Of a DNA stretch of 64,000 bases, positions 47,324-55,417 are shown piece by piece (position 1 is the first letter of the stretch; each line of letters opens with the position of its first letter). The notes under the pieces are model-generated. The model was not told the DNA's origin, ran no database searches, and saw nothing but the letters and a program-made list of their open reading frames with translations. Both the position numbers and the translations under genes were made by a program. The stretch is from Acetobacteraceae bacterium (GTDB lineage: Bacteria > Pseudomonadota > Alphaproteobacteria > Acetobacterales > Acetobacteraceae), in contig OZ251994.1 of assembly GCA_965246925.1 (NCBI GenBank), positions 1,060,557 to 1,124,556 on the forward strand, written 5' to 3'.

Positions 47324-47891
47324 CAGAAATCTGCGGCGGGCCGGGGTTGCCCGCGCGGAGCGACGCCACGCTCGGGACGGCCGCGAAGATGGCCGGATTG
47401 ACCGGGATGGGCGCCATCGCGTCGAAGCTCGGCCGCACTGTGCGCATGCCCTGCGCTCCCTCGAGCGTCACCTGCCCTGGCCTAATGTCCCGGACCGTCA
47501 TTCCCGCAATCACCGCACCCTCTTGCACCAGCAGCGGCTTGCCAGCCGGTCCGGCAAAGATGGCGCGGCGGACCGCACCATCGATCAGTACGCCCGTCAG
47601 GCGTGGTAACGGCAGGGCAACGGCGGCAGGTGCGGCGGCCACGACGGCCGGTGCGGGCGGCCGCCGGGCAGGCGAGAACAGCGGACGATCCAGCATCGCC
47701 GCCTGCCACTCGGCAACAGGAGCCGGACGCCCGGGCCGGGCTGCCACGTCCGGGATCACCGCGGCCGGCAAGGGCTGCTCCCTTGTATCTGCCGGCCCGC
47801 TAGGGTCGCGCAGCTCTAGGGCAAGGCCGCCCGCCAGCAAGGCCGCAAGCGCGGCCAGCACGGTAAGGCGGACGGGAGGCTGAGCCAGCAT
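47316..47891 (-). CDS. Single-pass membrane protein, GspC/PilP-like C-terminal segment
   Basis: N-terminal TM, Pro/Ala-rich linker, then LTGVLIDGAVRRAIFAG...PLLVQEGAVIAGMTVRDIRPGQVTL, a pattern seen in GspC-HR/PilP-type domains. Weak assignment. Confidence 0.5.
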   Translation of the reverse strand: MLAQPPVRLTVLAALAALLAGGLALELRDPSGPADTREQPLPAAVIPDVAARPGRPAPVAEWQAAMLDRPLFSPARRPPAPAVVAAAPAAVALPLPRLTGVLIDGAVRRAIFAGPAGKPLLVQEGAVIAGMTVRDIRPGQVTLEGAQGMRTVRPSFDAMAPIPVNPAIFAAVPSVASLRAGNPGPPQISAR

Positions 47892-47960
47892 GATGACGTC
47901 CTACGACGAAGCCTCTTCCGGGTAAGCCGCAGTTCCATGACAAATCGTGAAACCGTCATA

Positions 47961-47990
47961 CACAGGTGAACCGTGCCCGGATAACCTGTG
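47961..47990. promoter_or_regulatory. Inverted repeat (candidate operator) upstream of the metallophosphoesterase-SPFH-ATPase genes
   Basis: CACAGGT-N16-ACCTGTG, embedded among three GTGAA(A)CCG direct repeats at 47947, 47966 and 48005. Confidence 0.25.
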
Positions 47991-48015
47991 CACCTCATTT
48001 CGTGGTGAACCGGCA

Positions 48016-49467
48016 ATGGCGCGTGTAGTATTGGGCTTTGGCAGTGCGGCAATGGCCTGCATTCTCGTAACCGCCCCGGCCCGGGCGGACGTGATCAACC
48101 AATGGGTTCAGTTCGCGCCCGATAATACGGTCCTGCTTCGCGCGATCGAATCTCTGCCCGCCAATGGCTGCCCGGCCGCTACGGTGGACGGCGCCTCCGT
48201 CACGCTGTCCCCCCGCGGTGACGTTACCACCCCGGCCACGGCGCCCCTCACATCCTATCCGGTCCTCATGTGCGAAAGCGCGCCGCTGCCGGCCTTCGGC
48301 CATAGCTCGGCCAGCGTCGCGGGTGTTCCGCTCAAGATGCCGGTGGCCAACCCGCGCCGCATCATGTTCATCGGCGACACGGGCTGCCGCGTCGCCGCCA
48401 CGCTGACCGGCACGCAGAATTGCAATGACCCGGCGCAGTTCCCGCTCAACTTCCTGGCCAACTACGCCGCCACGTTCCAGCCGGACCTCATCGTCCACAC
48501 CGGTGACTTCTTCTACCGCGAGCAGCCGTGCCCCACCGGCTTCACCGGATGCGCCGGGACCCCCGCTTTCGACAACTGGGACTCCTGGTATGCCGACTGG
48601 TTCGGCCCGGCGAAAAGCCTGATCCAGGCCGCCCCGCTCGCACTGTCCCGCGGCAATCACGAAAGCTGCAACCGCGGCGCCCGCGGCTGGTTCCGCCTGT
48701 TGGACGTGCACGCCTACGACGCCAATGCGGTGAACTGCACCGGACCCTACACGCCCATGGCGGGCGCGCCCGGCGCCAAGGGACCGCTCACCCCTTATGA
48801 CTACACCCCGCCCTATACCGTAAATGCGGGCCAGGTCACTCTGCTGATGTTCGACTCGAGTGACAGCAATACCAGCGCGGTCGATACCACGACCCTTTCG
48901 ACCGACGGACGGACGGTGAAGCAGATCTATACCGCGCAGCTGACTGCCGCACTGGCCCCGCTATCGGGCGCCAACGTATTCTATGTGACGCACAAGCCCA
49001 CCTATGATATCCGCCCAGCCAAGGTGAACGGCAACCTGGCGGGAGGCGACTATACGCAGCAATCCGTGTTCGAAGGCATAAGCCCCGGCGGCGTGCCCGC
49101 CCCGATCAAGCTATTGGTCTCCGGCCATGATCACCAGTTCCAGATGGTCAATTTCGGCGCCAACTATGCGCCGCAGCTAGTGGTGGGCAACTCGGGCACG
49201 CTGCTGGACAACAACTCCGGCGCGCAGCCGCAGGCGTTCACGCCGGACGTCACTGGCACCAACAACGGCGCCACCTACGCCCTGCCCGGCGTCGCGCTGA
49301 CCGCCACCACGACCATCCGCGCTACCGCGGACCGTTCCGAATACGGCTTCACGGTGATGGACGCCATCAACAATGGCTATGTGGCGAACGTGTATAACCT
49401 CGCCTCCAACAAGCTCGCCCGCTGCGTCATGACGCTGTATCCGCGCAGCATGGCCTGCACCCCCTAG
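48016..49467 (+). CDS. Secreted calcineurin-like metallophosphoesterase
   Basis: Signal peptide MARVVLGFGSAAMACILVTAPARA. Metallophosphoesterase motifs IGDTG, GDFFY, GNHE and GHDHQF occur in order. Confidence 0.8.
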   Translation: MARVVLGFGSAAMACILVTAPARADVINQWVQFAPDNTVLLRAIESLPANGCPAATVDGASVTLSPRGDVTTPATAPLTSYPVLMCESAPLPAFGHSSASVAGVPLKMPVANPRRIMFIGDTGCRVAATLTGTQNCNDPAQFPLNFLANYAATFQPDLIVHTGDFFYREQPCPTGFTGCAGTPAFDNWDSWYADWFGPAKSLIQAAPLALSRGNHESCNRGARGWFRLLDVHAYDANAVNCTGPYTPMAGAPGAKGPLTPYDYTPPYTVNAGQVTLLMFDSSDSNTSAVDTTTLSTDGRTVKQIYTAQLTAALAPLSGANVFYVTHKPTYDIRPAKVNGNLAGGDYTQQSVFEGISPGGVPAPIKLLVSGHDHQFQMVNFGANYAPQLVVGNSGTLLDNNSGAQPQAFTPDVTGTNNGATYALPGVALTATTTIRATADRSEYGFTVMDAINNGYVANVYNLASNKLARCVMTLYPRSMACTP

Positions 49468-49469
49468 CA

Positions 49470-51311
49470 GTGAACGCCGTCCACCCAGTCATCGCAGAGG
49501 AAAACACGGTCACAACCCCGTCCTGGCCCAATACGGCCGGGACGGTCCGGCTGTTGCGCCGCCTGCTGACACTCTACCTCCTGGCCGCATCAGCGCTGAT
49601 AGCCGCAGGGTTGACGATGCATCCGCTGGCGGCCGAGGCGCGGCAGTCAGGCCTGCTCGGCGTGGCGGTCGCCGGGCTGACCCTGGCCGCCGCAGGCCTT
49701 GCCGCATGCTTGATCATGGCCCAGGCCCGGCACCGCGCCGGGACGTTCGATCCGGACGCGCTTTCCGCATTGGGCCGTATGGCGCGGCGTCCGCAGGGCG
49801 TGGTGATCCCTGTGCTCACCGGCCTCGCCATGGCAGCAGCCTGGGCCGGGCGGGCGCACGCGCCGGACCTATATGCCCAAGCGGCGCTGCTGGGCGGCGG
49901 CATGATCGTGCTCACCTTCCCGCTGCTGGTGGCCGAGCGGATGGTGGCCGGCCTATCGCCGCTGGCCTTACCCGAAGCGCCTTCGCTACAGGCGCTGATG
50001 TTCGTCCCCGTGCTGACTTGGCCGCTCGCGGGGACCCTGCATATCCTGGGCTCGCTCGGCCTGCCTTGGGCGGGCGGACTGATGGCGGTGCCGGCGCTGA
50101 TCACCGGCGTAGCCGCGCTCGAACTCATGGTCCGCTCCTTGGCGGTATGGTTCATGCTGCCGCCCAGCCCGCTGCTGGCCCGGGCCGCCATCGCCAGCCT
50201 GTCCGCCGCGCTGCTGCAGCCCGGACGGCTGGCCGGGTCCGGACTGGCATCCCCGGTGCAGACCCATCTCGGTATCGACTTCTCGCGCAGCTGGGCGCTG
50301 CGCTATCTCAGCGGCGCGGTTCTGCCGGTGGCGGCGCTGGTGGCGCTGCTGGCCTGGGGCCTGACCGGCGTGGCGTTGGTGCCGCTGGACCGCCGGGCGG
50401 TGTATGAACGGCTGGGCGTGCCGGCGTCCATCTGGCAGCCTGGCCTGCACGCGGGCCTGCCGTGGCCGCTCGGCCAGGCGCGGATAGTGGAGATGGGCGT
50501 CGTCCACGCCGTACCGCTCGGCGCCAGCCTGCCCGGCGCGGCCGGCCCCGCCGAGGCGTTCGCGCCGGAGGGAGCCGACCGGCTTTGGGACCAGCCGCAC
50601 CCCGGCGAAATCGCCCTCCTGACTGCAAGCCAGGGCAGCACCGGTGAGCAGGGGTTCCAGAGCGTGAACGTGGACCTCACGGTCCTGTACCGCTTCGCAC
50701 TGGATGATCATGGCGCGCTCGAAGCGGCCTATGCGCAGAACGATCCGGACCAGCTCGTCCGTTCCGAAGCCAGCCGGCTCCTGGTGCAGCTCTGCGCCGG
50801 GCGCACGCTCGACAGCCTGCTAGGCGAAGACCGCGCCAGCGTCGCCGGCGGCGTAGGCCTGGCGCTCGGCCAGGAGCTGGAACGGCTCGGCAGCGGCATC
50901 GAGCTGTTGGGCATCGAGATCGAGGCGATCCACCCGCCCGCCAGCGCCGCCAGCGCCTATCACGCGGTTCAGGCCGCCGGCATCGTCGCCAGCACGGCGA
51001 TCGCGACCGAGGCCGGGCGCGCCCAAGCCGCCGCCAGCCTATCCCGCCAACAGGCCGCCACCCTTATGGACGAAGCACGCGCTAGCGGGGCCGAAGCCGT
51101 GGGCGCGGCGGAAGTCGGCTTGCGGCAGTTCACCGCCGACCACGCCGCCGATAGCGAGGCGTTCCGGCTGGAGCGCACCCTTGCCAACCTGTCATCCGCC
51201 CTGCCCCGCATGCCCCTGATCATCATCGATCACCGGCTGCAGGGTGCGTCCGCCCCCGTCATCGACCTCCGCCCCGGTAACGCCCCCTCCGGCGCCCCGG
51301 CGGACGAGTAG
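49470..51311 (+). CDS. SPFH/Band-7 (HflK-like) protein fused to a ~310-aa polytopic N-terminal membrane domain
   Basis: GTG start 2 nt after the upstream stop. Multiple TM segments, then an SPFH pattern (RRAVYERLGVPASIWQPGLHAGLPWP ... GIELLGIEIEAIHPP). Confidence 0.75.
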   Translation: MNAVHPVIAEENTVTTPSWPNTAGTVRLLRRLLTLYLLAASALIAAGLTMHPLAAEARQSGLLGVAVAGLTLAAAGLAACLIMAQARHRAGTFDPDALSALGRMARRPQGVVIPVLTGLAMAAAWAGRAHAPDLYAQAALLGGGMIVLTFPLLVAERMVAGLSPLALPEAPSLQALMFVPVLTWPLAGTLHILGSLGLPWAGGLMAVPALITGVAALELMVRSLAVWFMLPPSPLLARAAIASLSAALLQPGRLAGSGLASPVQTHLGIDFSRSWALRYLSGAVLPVAALVALLAWGLTGVALVPLDRRAVYERLGVPASIWQPGLHAGLPWPLGQARIVEMGVVHAVPLGASLPGAAGPAEAFAPEGADRLWDQPHPGEIALLTASQGSTGEQGFQSVNVDLTVLYRFALDDHGALEAAYAQNDPDQLVRSEASRLLVQLCAGRTLDSLLGEDRASVAGGVGLALGQELERLGSGIELLGIEIEAIHPPASAASAYHAVQAAGIVASTAIATEAGRAQAAASLSRQQAATLMDEARASGAEAVGAAEVGLRQFTADHAADSEAFRLERTLANLSSALPRMPLIIIDHRLQGASAPVIDLRPGNAPSGAPADE

Positions 51312-51317
51312 AGAACC

Positions 51318-52346
51318 ATGCACCTGCACAACCACGATCACGCCCATCACGACCACGGCCATCACGGACACGGCCATCACGGACACGGCCACGATGGCCC
51401 GGCGCCGGGCAGGACGCGGGTCTTCCTGCGCTTCCTGGGTGCCGGCCTCGTTCTGGCCGCGGCAGTGTTCGCCTCCTGCTCGGTCATCGTGCCCGCCGGG
51501 CAGGCGGTGGTGGTGACGCGGTTCGGGGACCTCAGCCGCGTCCTAGTGTCTCCCGGCCTCGCCTGGAAATGGCCCGCGCCAGCCGAGACGGGCATTTCGG
51601 TCGATCTTCGCCTCCGCACCACCTCCACCGGCCTGCAGGACGTCGGCACCAAGGACGGGCTCCGCATCCTGGTGCAAGCCTTCGTCGCCTGGCAGGTCCC
51701 GGCCGACCCCGGCGCCATCCGCACCTACCTCCGCGCCGTGCGCGAGCCGGACGAGGCGGCGCGCCAGCTGCGGAGCCTCACCGGCGCCGCCCTGCAGGTG
51801 ACCGCCAGCGGGTTCGACTTGCAGGATCTGGTCGATACCGACACCGGACGCCAGCGCCTACCGGCGTTCGAATCCCGCCTCCTGGAACAAATCCAGCGCC
51901 AAGCCGCGGAAGTGTATGGCGTCAAGATCGTGCAAGCCGGGATCGAACGCCTGAGCCTGCCGGACGCCACCCTCGCCGCCACCGTGTCCCGCATGCGGGC
52001 CGAGCGGGAGACGGCCGCCGCCGCCCGCACGGCGGAGGGGCTGCGCGCCGCCGCCGAACTCCGCTCCCGCGCCACCAGCGAGTCCCGCATCCTGGTCGCC
52101 CACGCCCGGACGGAGGCGGCCGGGATCGAGGCCGCCTCCCGCCAGCAAGCCGCCGCCATCCAGTCCCACGCCTACGCGATCGATCCGGAGCTGTATGCCA
52201 TGCTCCGCTCCCTCGATACGCTCGGTAGCGTCGTCGGCCCCAACACGCGCATGGTGCTCCGTACGGACTCGGCGCCGTTCAACATGCTCATCGGGCCGCC
52301 CCGCACCACCCCGGCCATCGGCGCTGCGACCGCGAGCGCGCCGTGA
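51318..52346 (+). CDS. SPFH/Band-7 (HflC-like) protein with His-rich N-terminus
   Basis: MHLHNHDHAHHDHGHHGHGHHGHGHDG, then a TM segment, then an SPFH pattern (GQAVVVTRFGDLSRVLVSPGLAWKWP ... VKIVQAGIERLSLP). Confidence 0.8.
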   Translation: MHLHNHDHAHHDHGHHGHGHHGHGHDGPAPGRTRVFLRFLGAGLVLAAAVFASCSVIVPAGQAVVVTRFGDLSRVLVSPGLAWKWPAPAETGISVDLRLRTTSTGLQDVGTKDGLRILVQAFVAWQVPADPGAIRTYLRAVREPDEAARQLRSLTGAALQVTASGFDLQDLVDTDTGRQRLPAFESRLLEQIQRQAAEVYGVKIVQAGIERLSLPDATLAATVSRMRAERETAAAARTAEGLRAAAELRSRATSESRILVAHARTEAAGIEAASRQQAAAIQSHAYAIDPELYAMLRSLDTLGSVVGPNTRMVLRTDSAPFNMLIGPPRTTPAIGAATASAP

Positions 52347-53377
52347 ACCCGGGTGGCGAGAACTCGAATGGTGAACCGGCGGGCCCTATCGTCCAGGCCA
52401 TCACCACCGCCTTCCGCGCCGTATGGGCGGCTGTGTTCCTGCTTGCGGCCGGCTGGGCCGCCTCGAGCTGGCGGCAAGTCCCGGCGGACAGCCAGGCCGT
52501 GATGCTGCGGTTCGGCCGGGTCGTGGGGGTGCAGCAGGCCGGGCTCGCCCTATCCTGGCCGCGCCCCATCGGCGGCATGGCATTGGTGCCGGGCCGGGCG
52601 CGCCAGCTCACGCTACGCACCCAGGCCACCGCCCGGCGGGAGGGGCTATCCGACCTGTTCACCCAGGCCTCGGGCGCCGAACTGCCCGACGGCGCCGGCA
52701 GCTATCTCACGGGTGACGGCAGCGTCGTACTGCTATCGGCCGACATGACCTATCAGGTGACGGATGCGGAGCACTATTACCTCGCTCAGGATCACGTGCC
52801 CCCGGCACTGCAGCGCGTGTTCCAGGCCAGCGCCATCGCCATCCTCGCCCGGCTCGACCTGGATGACGTCCTGGTCGCCCGCCCGGACCGGCAGACGCCG
52901 GAGCAAGCCGCGGCGGCGGAAGACCGGCGGCGCGGGCTGCGCGATGCCATCCTGGCCGAGATGAACCACCGGCTGGCGCCCCTGTCCCTGGGTGTCGAAA
53001 TCAGCCGGCTCGACCTCGACCCGGCGCTTCCGCCCGCCGCGAAGATCGCTTTCGACGGGGTGCTGGTATCGGTGCAACTGGCCGAGCAAGCGATTGCCGC
53101 AGCGCGGACCGAGGCGCTGCGTATCGCCCAGGCCGCCGGCCGGGAGCAGGACCGGCTCATGGACGCCGCCCGGGCCGGCGCCGCCGAGCGGGTGAGCGAA
53201 GCCTCACGCCAGACCGCCCCTATCCTGGCGCTAGAGGCCGGCATGACCGCCGCCACCCGGCCCGCGATCCTCGATCACGCCTACCGCGACGGGCTCGCGG
53301 CGTTCATGCCAAGGGTGGGCCGGGTCATGGCCGTCGATGCCCAGGGCACCCGCATCCTGTTGCCCGGCGCGCCATGA
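52343..53377 (+). CDS. SPFH/Band-7 (HflK-like) protein
   Basis: 4-nt overlap with the upstream gene. A TM segment, then QAVMLRFGRVVGVQQAGLALSWPRP ... LGVEISRLDLDPALPP. Confidence 0.75.
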   Translation: MNPGGENSNGEPAGPIVQAITTAFRAVWAAVFLLAAGWAASSWRQVPADSQAVMLRFGRVVGVQQAGLALSWPRPIGGMALVPGRARQLTLRTQATARREGLSDLFTQASGAELPDGAGSYLTGDGSVVLLSADMTYQVTDAEHYYLAQDHVPPALQRVFQASAIAILARLDLDDVLVARPDRQTPEQAAAAEDRRRGLRDAILAEMNHRLAPLSLGVEISRLDLDPALPPAAKIAFDGVLVSVQLAEQAIAAARTEALRIAQAAGREQDRLMDAARAGAAERVSEASRQTAPILALEAGMTAATRPAILDHAYRDGLAAFMPRVGRVMAVDAQGTRILLPGAP

Positions 53378-53469
53378 GCGCGCCCCTTCAAGTTATGGCC
53401 GCGCCATGAGCGCGCCCCTTCAAGTTACGGCCGCGCCATGAGCGCGCCCCTTCACGTCACGGCCACGCC
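53374..53469 (+). repeat. 32-bp tandem repeat x3 (plus a partial fourth copy forming the ATPase start)
   Basis: ATGAGCGCGCCCCTTCAAGTTA(T/C)GGCCGCGCC at 53374, 53406 and 53438 (the third copy has 4 substitutions). Each copy reproduces the CCATGA stop/start junction. Confidence 0.9.
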
Positions 53470-55353
53470 TTGAGCGCGTCCGCCTCCATCGCCGCGCCGC
53501 TGCTAGCCTGGCGGGAGCGGGGGGCGCTCGCGGTGCAGCTCACGCTCGCGCTGCTGGCCGCCGGGCTGCTGATCCTGGCCGTGCTGTGGCAGGCGCTGGT
53601 GCCGGAGGGGCGCGCCCTGTCCGACCTCGTCGCCGGCGGCGCGGCGCTGCTGGTGGCCGTCCCGGTCATCACTGCCGCCTGGGACAGCCTCCGCCACCCC
53701 AGCCTCCATGGCGTCACCGACCGGCTGATCAGCATCGCGCTGGTGGCCGCCTGGGCCAGCGGCGACCTCATGACCGCCGCCGTTCTGCCGATCATCATGA
53801 TCCTGGGCCACGTGCTGGAGGAGCGCAGCCTGCTCGGCTCCCGCGAAGCCATCCGCGCGCTGGGCCGGCTCGCGCAGACCGAAGCGCGGCGGATCGGCCC
53901 GGACGGCGCCGTCACGCCCGTCGCCACCAAGGAGCTGCGCCTAGGTGACCGCGTGCTGCTGCTGGCCGGTGACCAGCTGCCGGCGGACGGCATCATCCGG
54001 GACGGAGAGGCCAGCCTCGACATGGCCTCCCTGACCGGGGAGAGCGTGCCGGTGGACGTGGGCGTGGGTTACGCCGCGCTGGCCGGCTCTATCAACACCA
54101 ACGGACGGCTCGAGCTCGAGGTGACGCGCCTGGGCGCGGACACGACGCTGGGCAAGATCATCGCCCTCATGCGCGATGCGGAGCGGGCCAAGCCGCCCGT
54201 GTCCCGCCTGCTGGAGCGGTATGCCGGGCACTATATGGCGCTGGTGCTGCTGATCGCGGCCGGCACGTGGTTCGCCACCAATGACACCGCCGCGGCGCTG
54301 GCGGTCCTAGTCGCGTCCTGCCCCTGCGCGCTGGTGCTGGCAGCACCCGCCACCTCCATCGCCGCCATCGCCGTCGCGGCCCGGCTGGGCATCCTGATCA
54401 AGGGCTCCGCCTTTCTCGAGCAACTGGCCGAGGTCACCTCCGTGGTGTTCGACAAGACCGGCACGCTCACCACCGGTGAGCTGACGTTGCTCACCTTCGA
54501 GCCGGCGCCCGGCACCGATGCGGAATGGGCGCTCCCGCTCGCGGCGGCGCTGGGCGCAGCCAGCAACCATCCCGTCAGCCGCGCCGCCGCCCGCGCCGGG
54601 TCCGGCTGGCGTCCGCATCTGGACAACATTCATGAGGCCAGCGGCTTCGGCGTGAGCGCCACGGTCGATGGCGTTGGCGCCTCCATGGGCCGCCCGGAGA
54701 TGTTCGCCGATCTGGACCCTGGCCCGCCGCCCGCCCATGACGGCCCGATCGCCGGGCTGGGCTTTGGCGGCCGCTTCCTGGGCTGGCTGCTATTCGCCGA
54801 CCGCCCCCGCCCGGAATCCCGCGCCGCCATCCTGGAGCTGCGCGCCTTGGGACTCGACCGGCAGGTCCTGCTGACCGGGGACCGCGCGGCAGTGGCGGAG
54901 CGCGTGGGCGCCGAACTCGGCATCGCCGACATCTGCGCCCAAGCCTTGCCGCAGCAGAAGATGGCCCGCGTCCTGCAAGAGATCGCGTCCGGCTATAAGC
55001 CCATGGTGGTCGGCGACGGCATCAACGACTCGCTGGCGCTGAAGGTGGGCGCGGTGGGCGTGGCCATGGGCGCGCAGGGCACGGACGTGGCCCTGGCCTC
55101 GGCCGACCTGGTGCTCATGACGAGCGACCTGCGCCGGCTCGCGACCTGTATCCGCCTGAGCCGCCGCTGCCGCCGCACCATTCATGTGAACGTCGCCGTG
55201 GGGCTCGGCTGGACCGGGGTATTGATCGCGCTGGCGGCGTTCGGCGCTTTGGGGGCGGAGGGCGCAATCATCGCCGCCCTGCTGCACAACCTCAGCACCT
55301 TCATCGGCCTCGGCAATGCCGGGCGGCTGCTGCTGTTCGATGAGCCGCTTTGA
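53470..55353 (+). CDS. P1B-type (heavy-metal) P-type ATPase lacking an N-terminal metal-binding domain
   Basis: TGES, CPC (ASCPCALVLAAP), DKTGTLT, SNHP and GDGINDS are all present. 627 aa, beginning directly in membrane segments. TTG start at 53470. Confidence 0.9.
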   Translation: MSASASIAAPLLAWRERGALAVQLTLALLAAGLLILAVLWQALVPEGRALSDLVAGGAALLVAVPVITAAWDSLRHPSLHGVTDRLISIALVAAWASGDLMTAAVLPIIMILGHVLEERSLLGSREAIRALGRLAQTEARRIGPDGAVTPVATKELRLGDRVLLLAGDQLPADGIIRDGEASLDMASLTGESVPVDVGVGYAALAGSINTNGRLELEVTRLGADTTLGKIIALMRDAERAKPPVSRLLERYAGHYMALVLLIAAGTWFATNDTAAALAVLVASCPCALVLAAPATSIAAIAVAARLGILIKGSAFLEQLAEVTSVVFDKTGTLTTGELTLLTFEPAPGTDAEWALPLAAALGAASNHPVSRAAARAGSGWRPHLDNIHEASGFGVSATVDGVGASMGRPEMFADLDPGPPPAHDGPIAGLGFGGRFLGWLLFADRPRPESRAAILELRALGLDRQVLLTGDRAAVAERVGAELGIADICAQALPQQKMARVLQEIASGYKPMVVGDGINDSLALKVGAVGVAMGAQGTDVALASADLVLMTSDLRRLATCIRLSRRCRRTIHVNVAVGLGWTGVLIALAAFGALGAEGAIIAALLHNLSTFIGLGNAGRLLLFDEPL

Positions 55354-55417
55354 CGCATAAACGTCGCAAACAAGGCCGTCCCATTCTGCTAGCGTTTCCG
55401 AAATCGGAGACATCGAC

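Noticed and set aside
53374-53469. The 32-bp repeats were considered as a mini CRISPR array.
   Set aside because: The repeats are directly tandem with no spacers, there are no cas genes, and the unit is clearly a duplicated gene junction.
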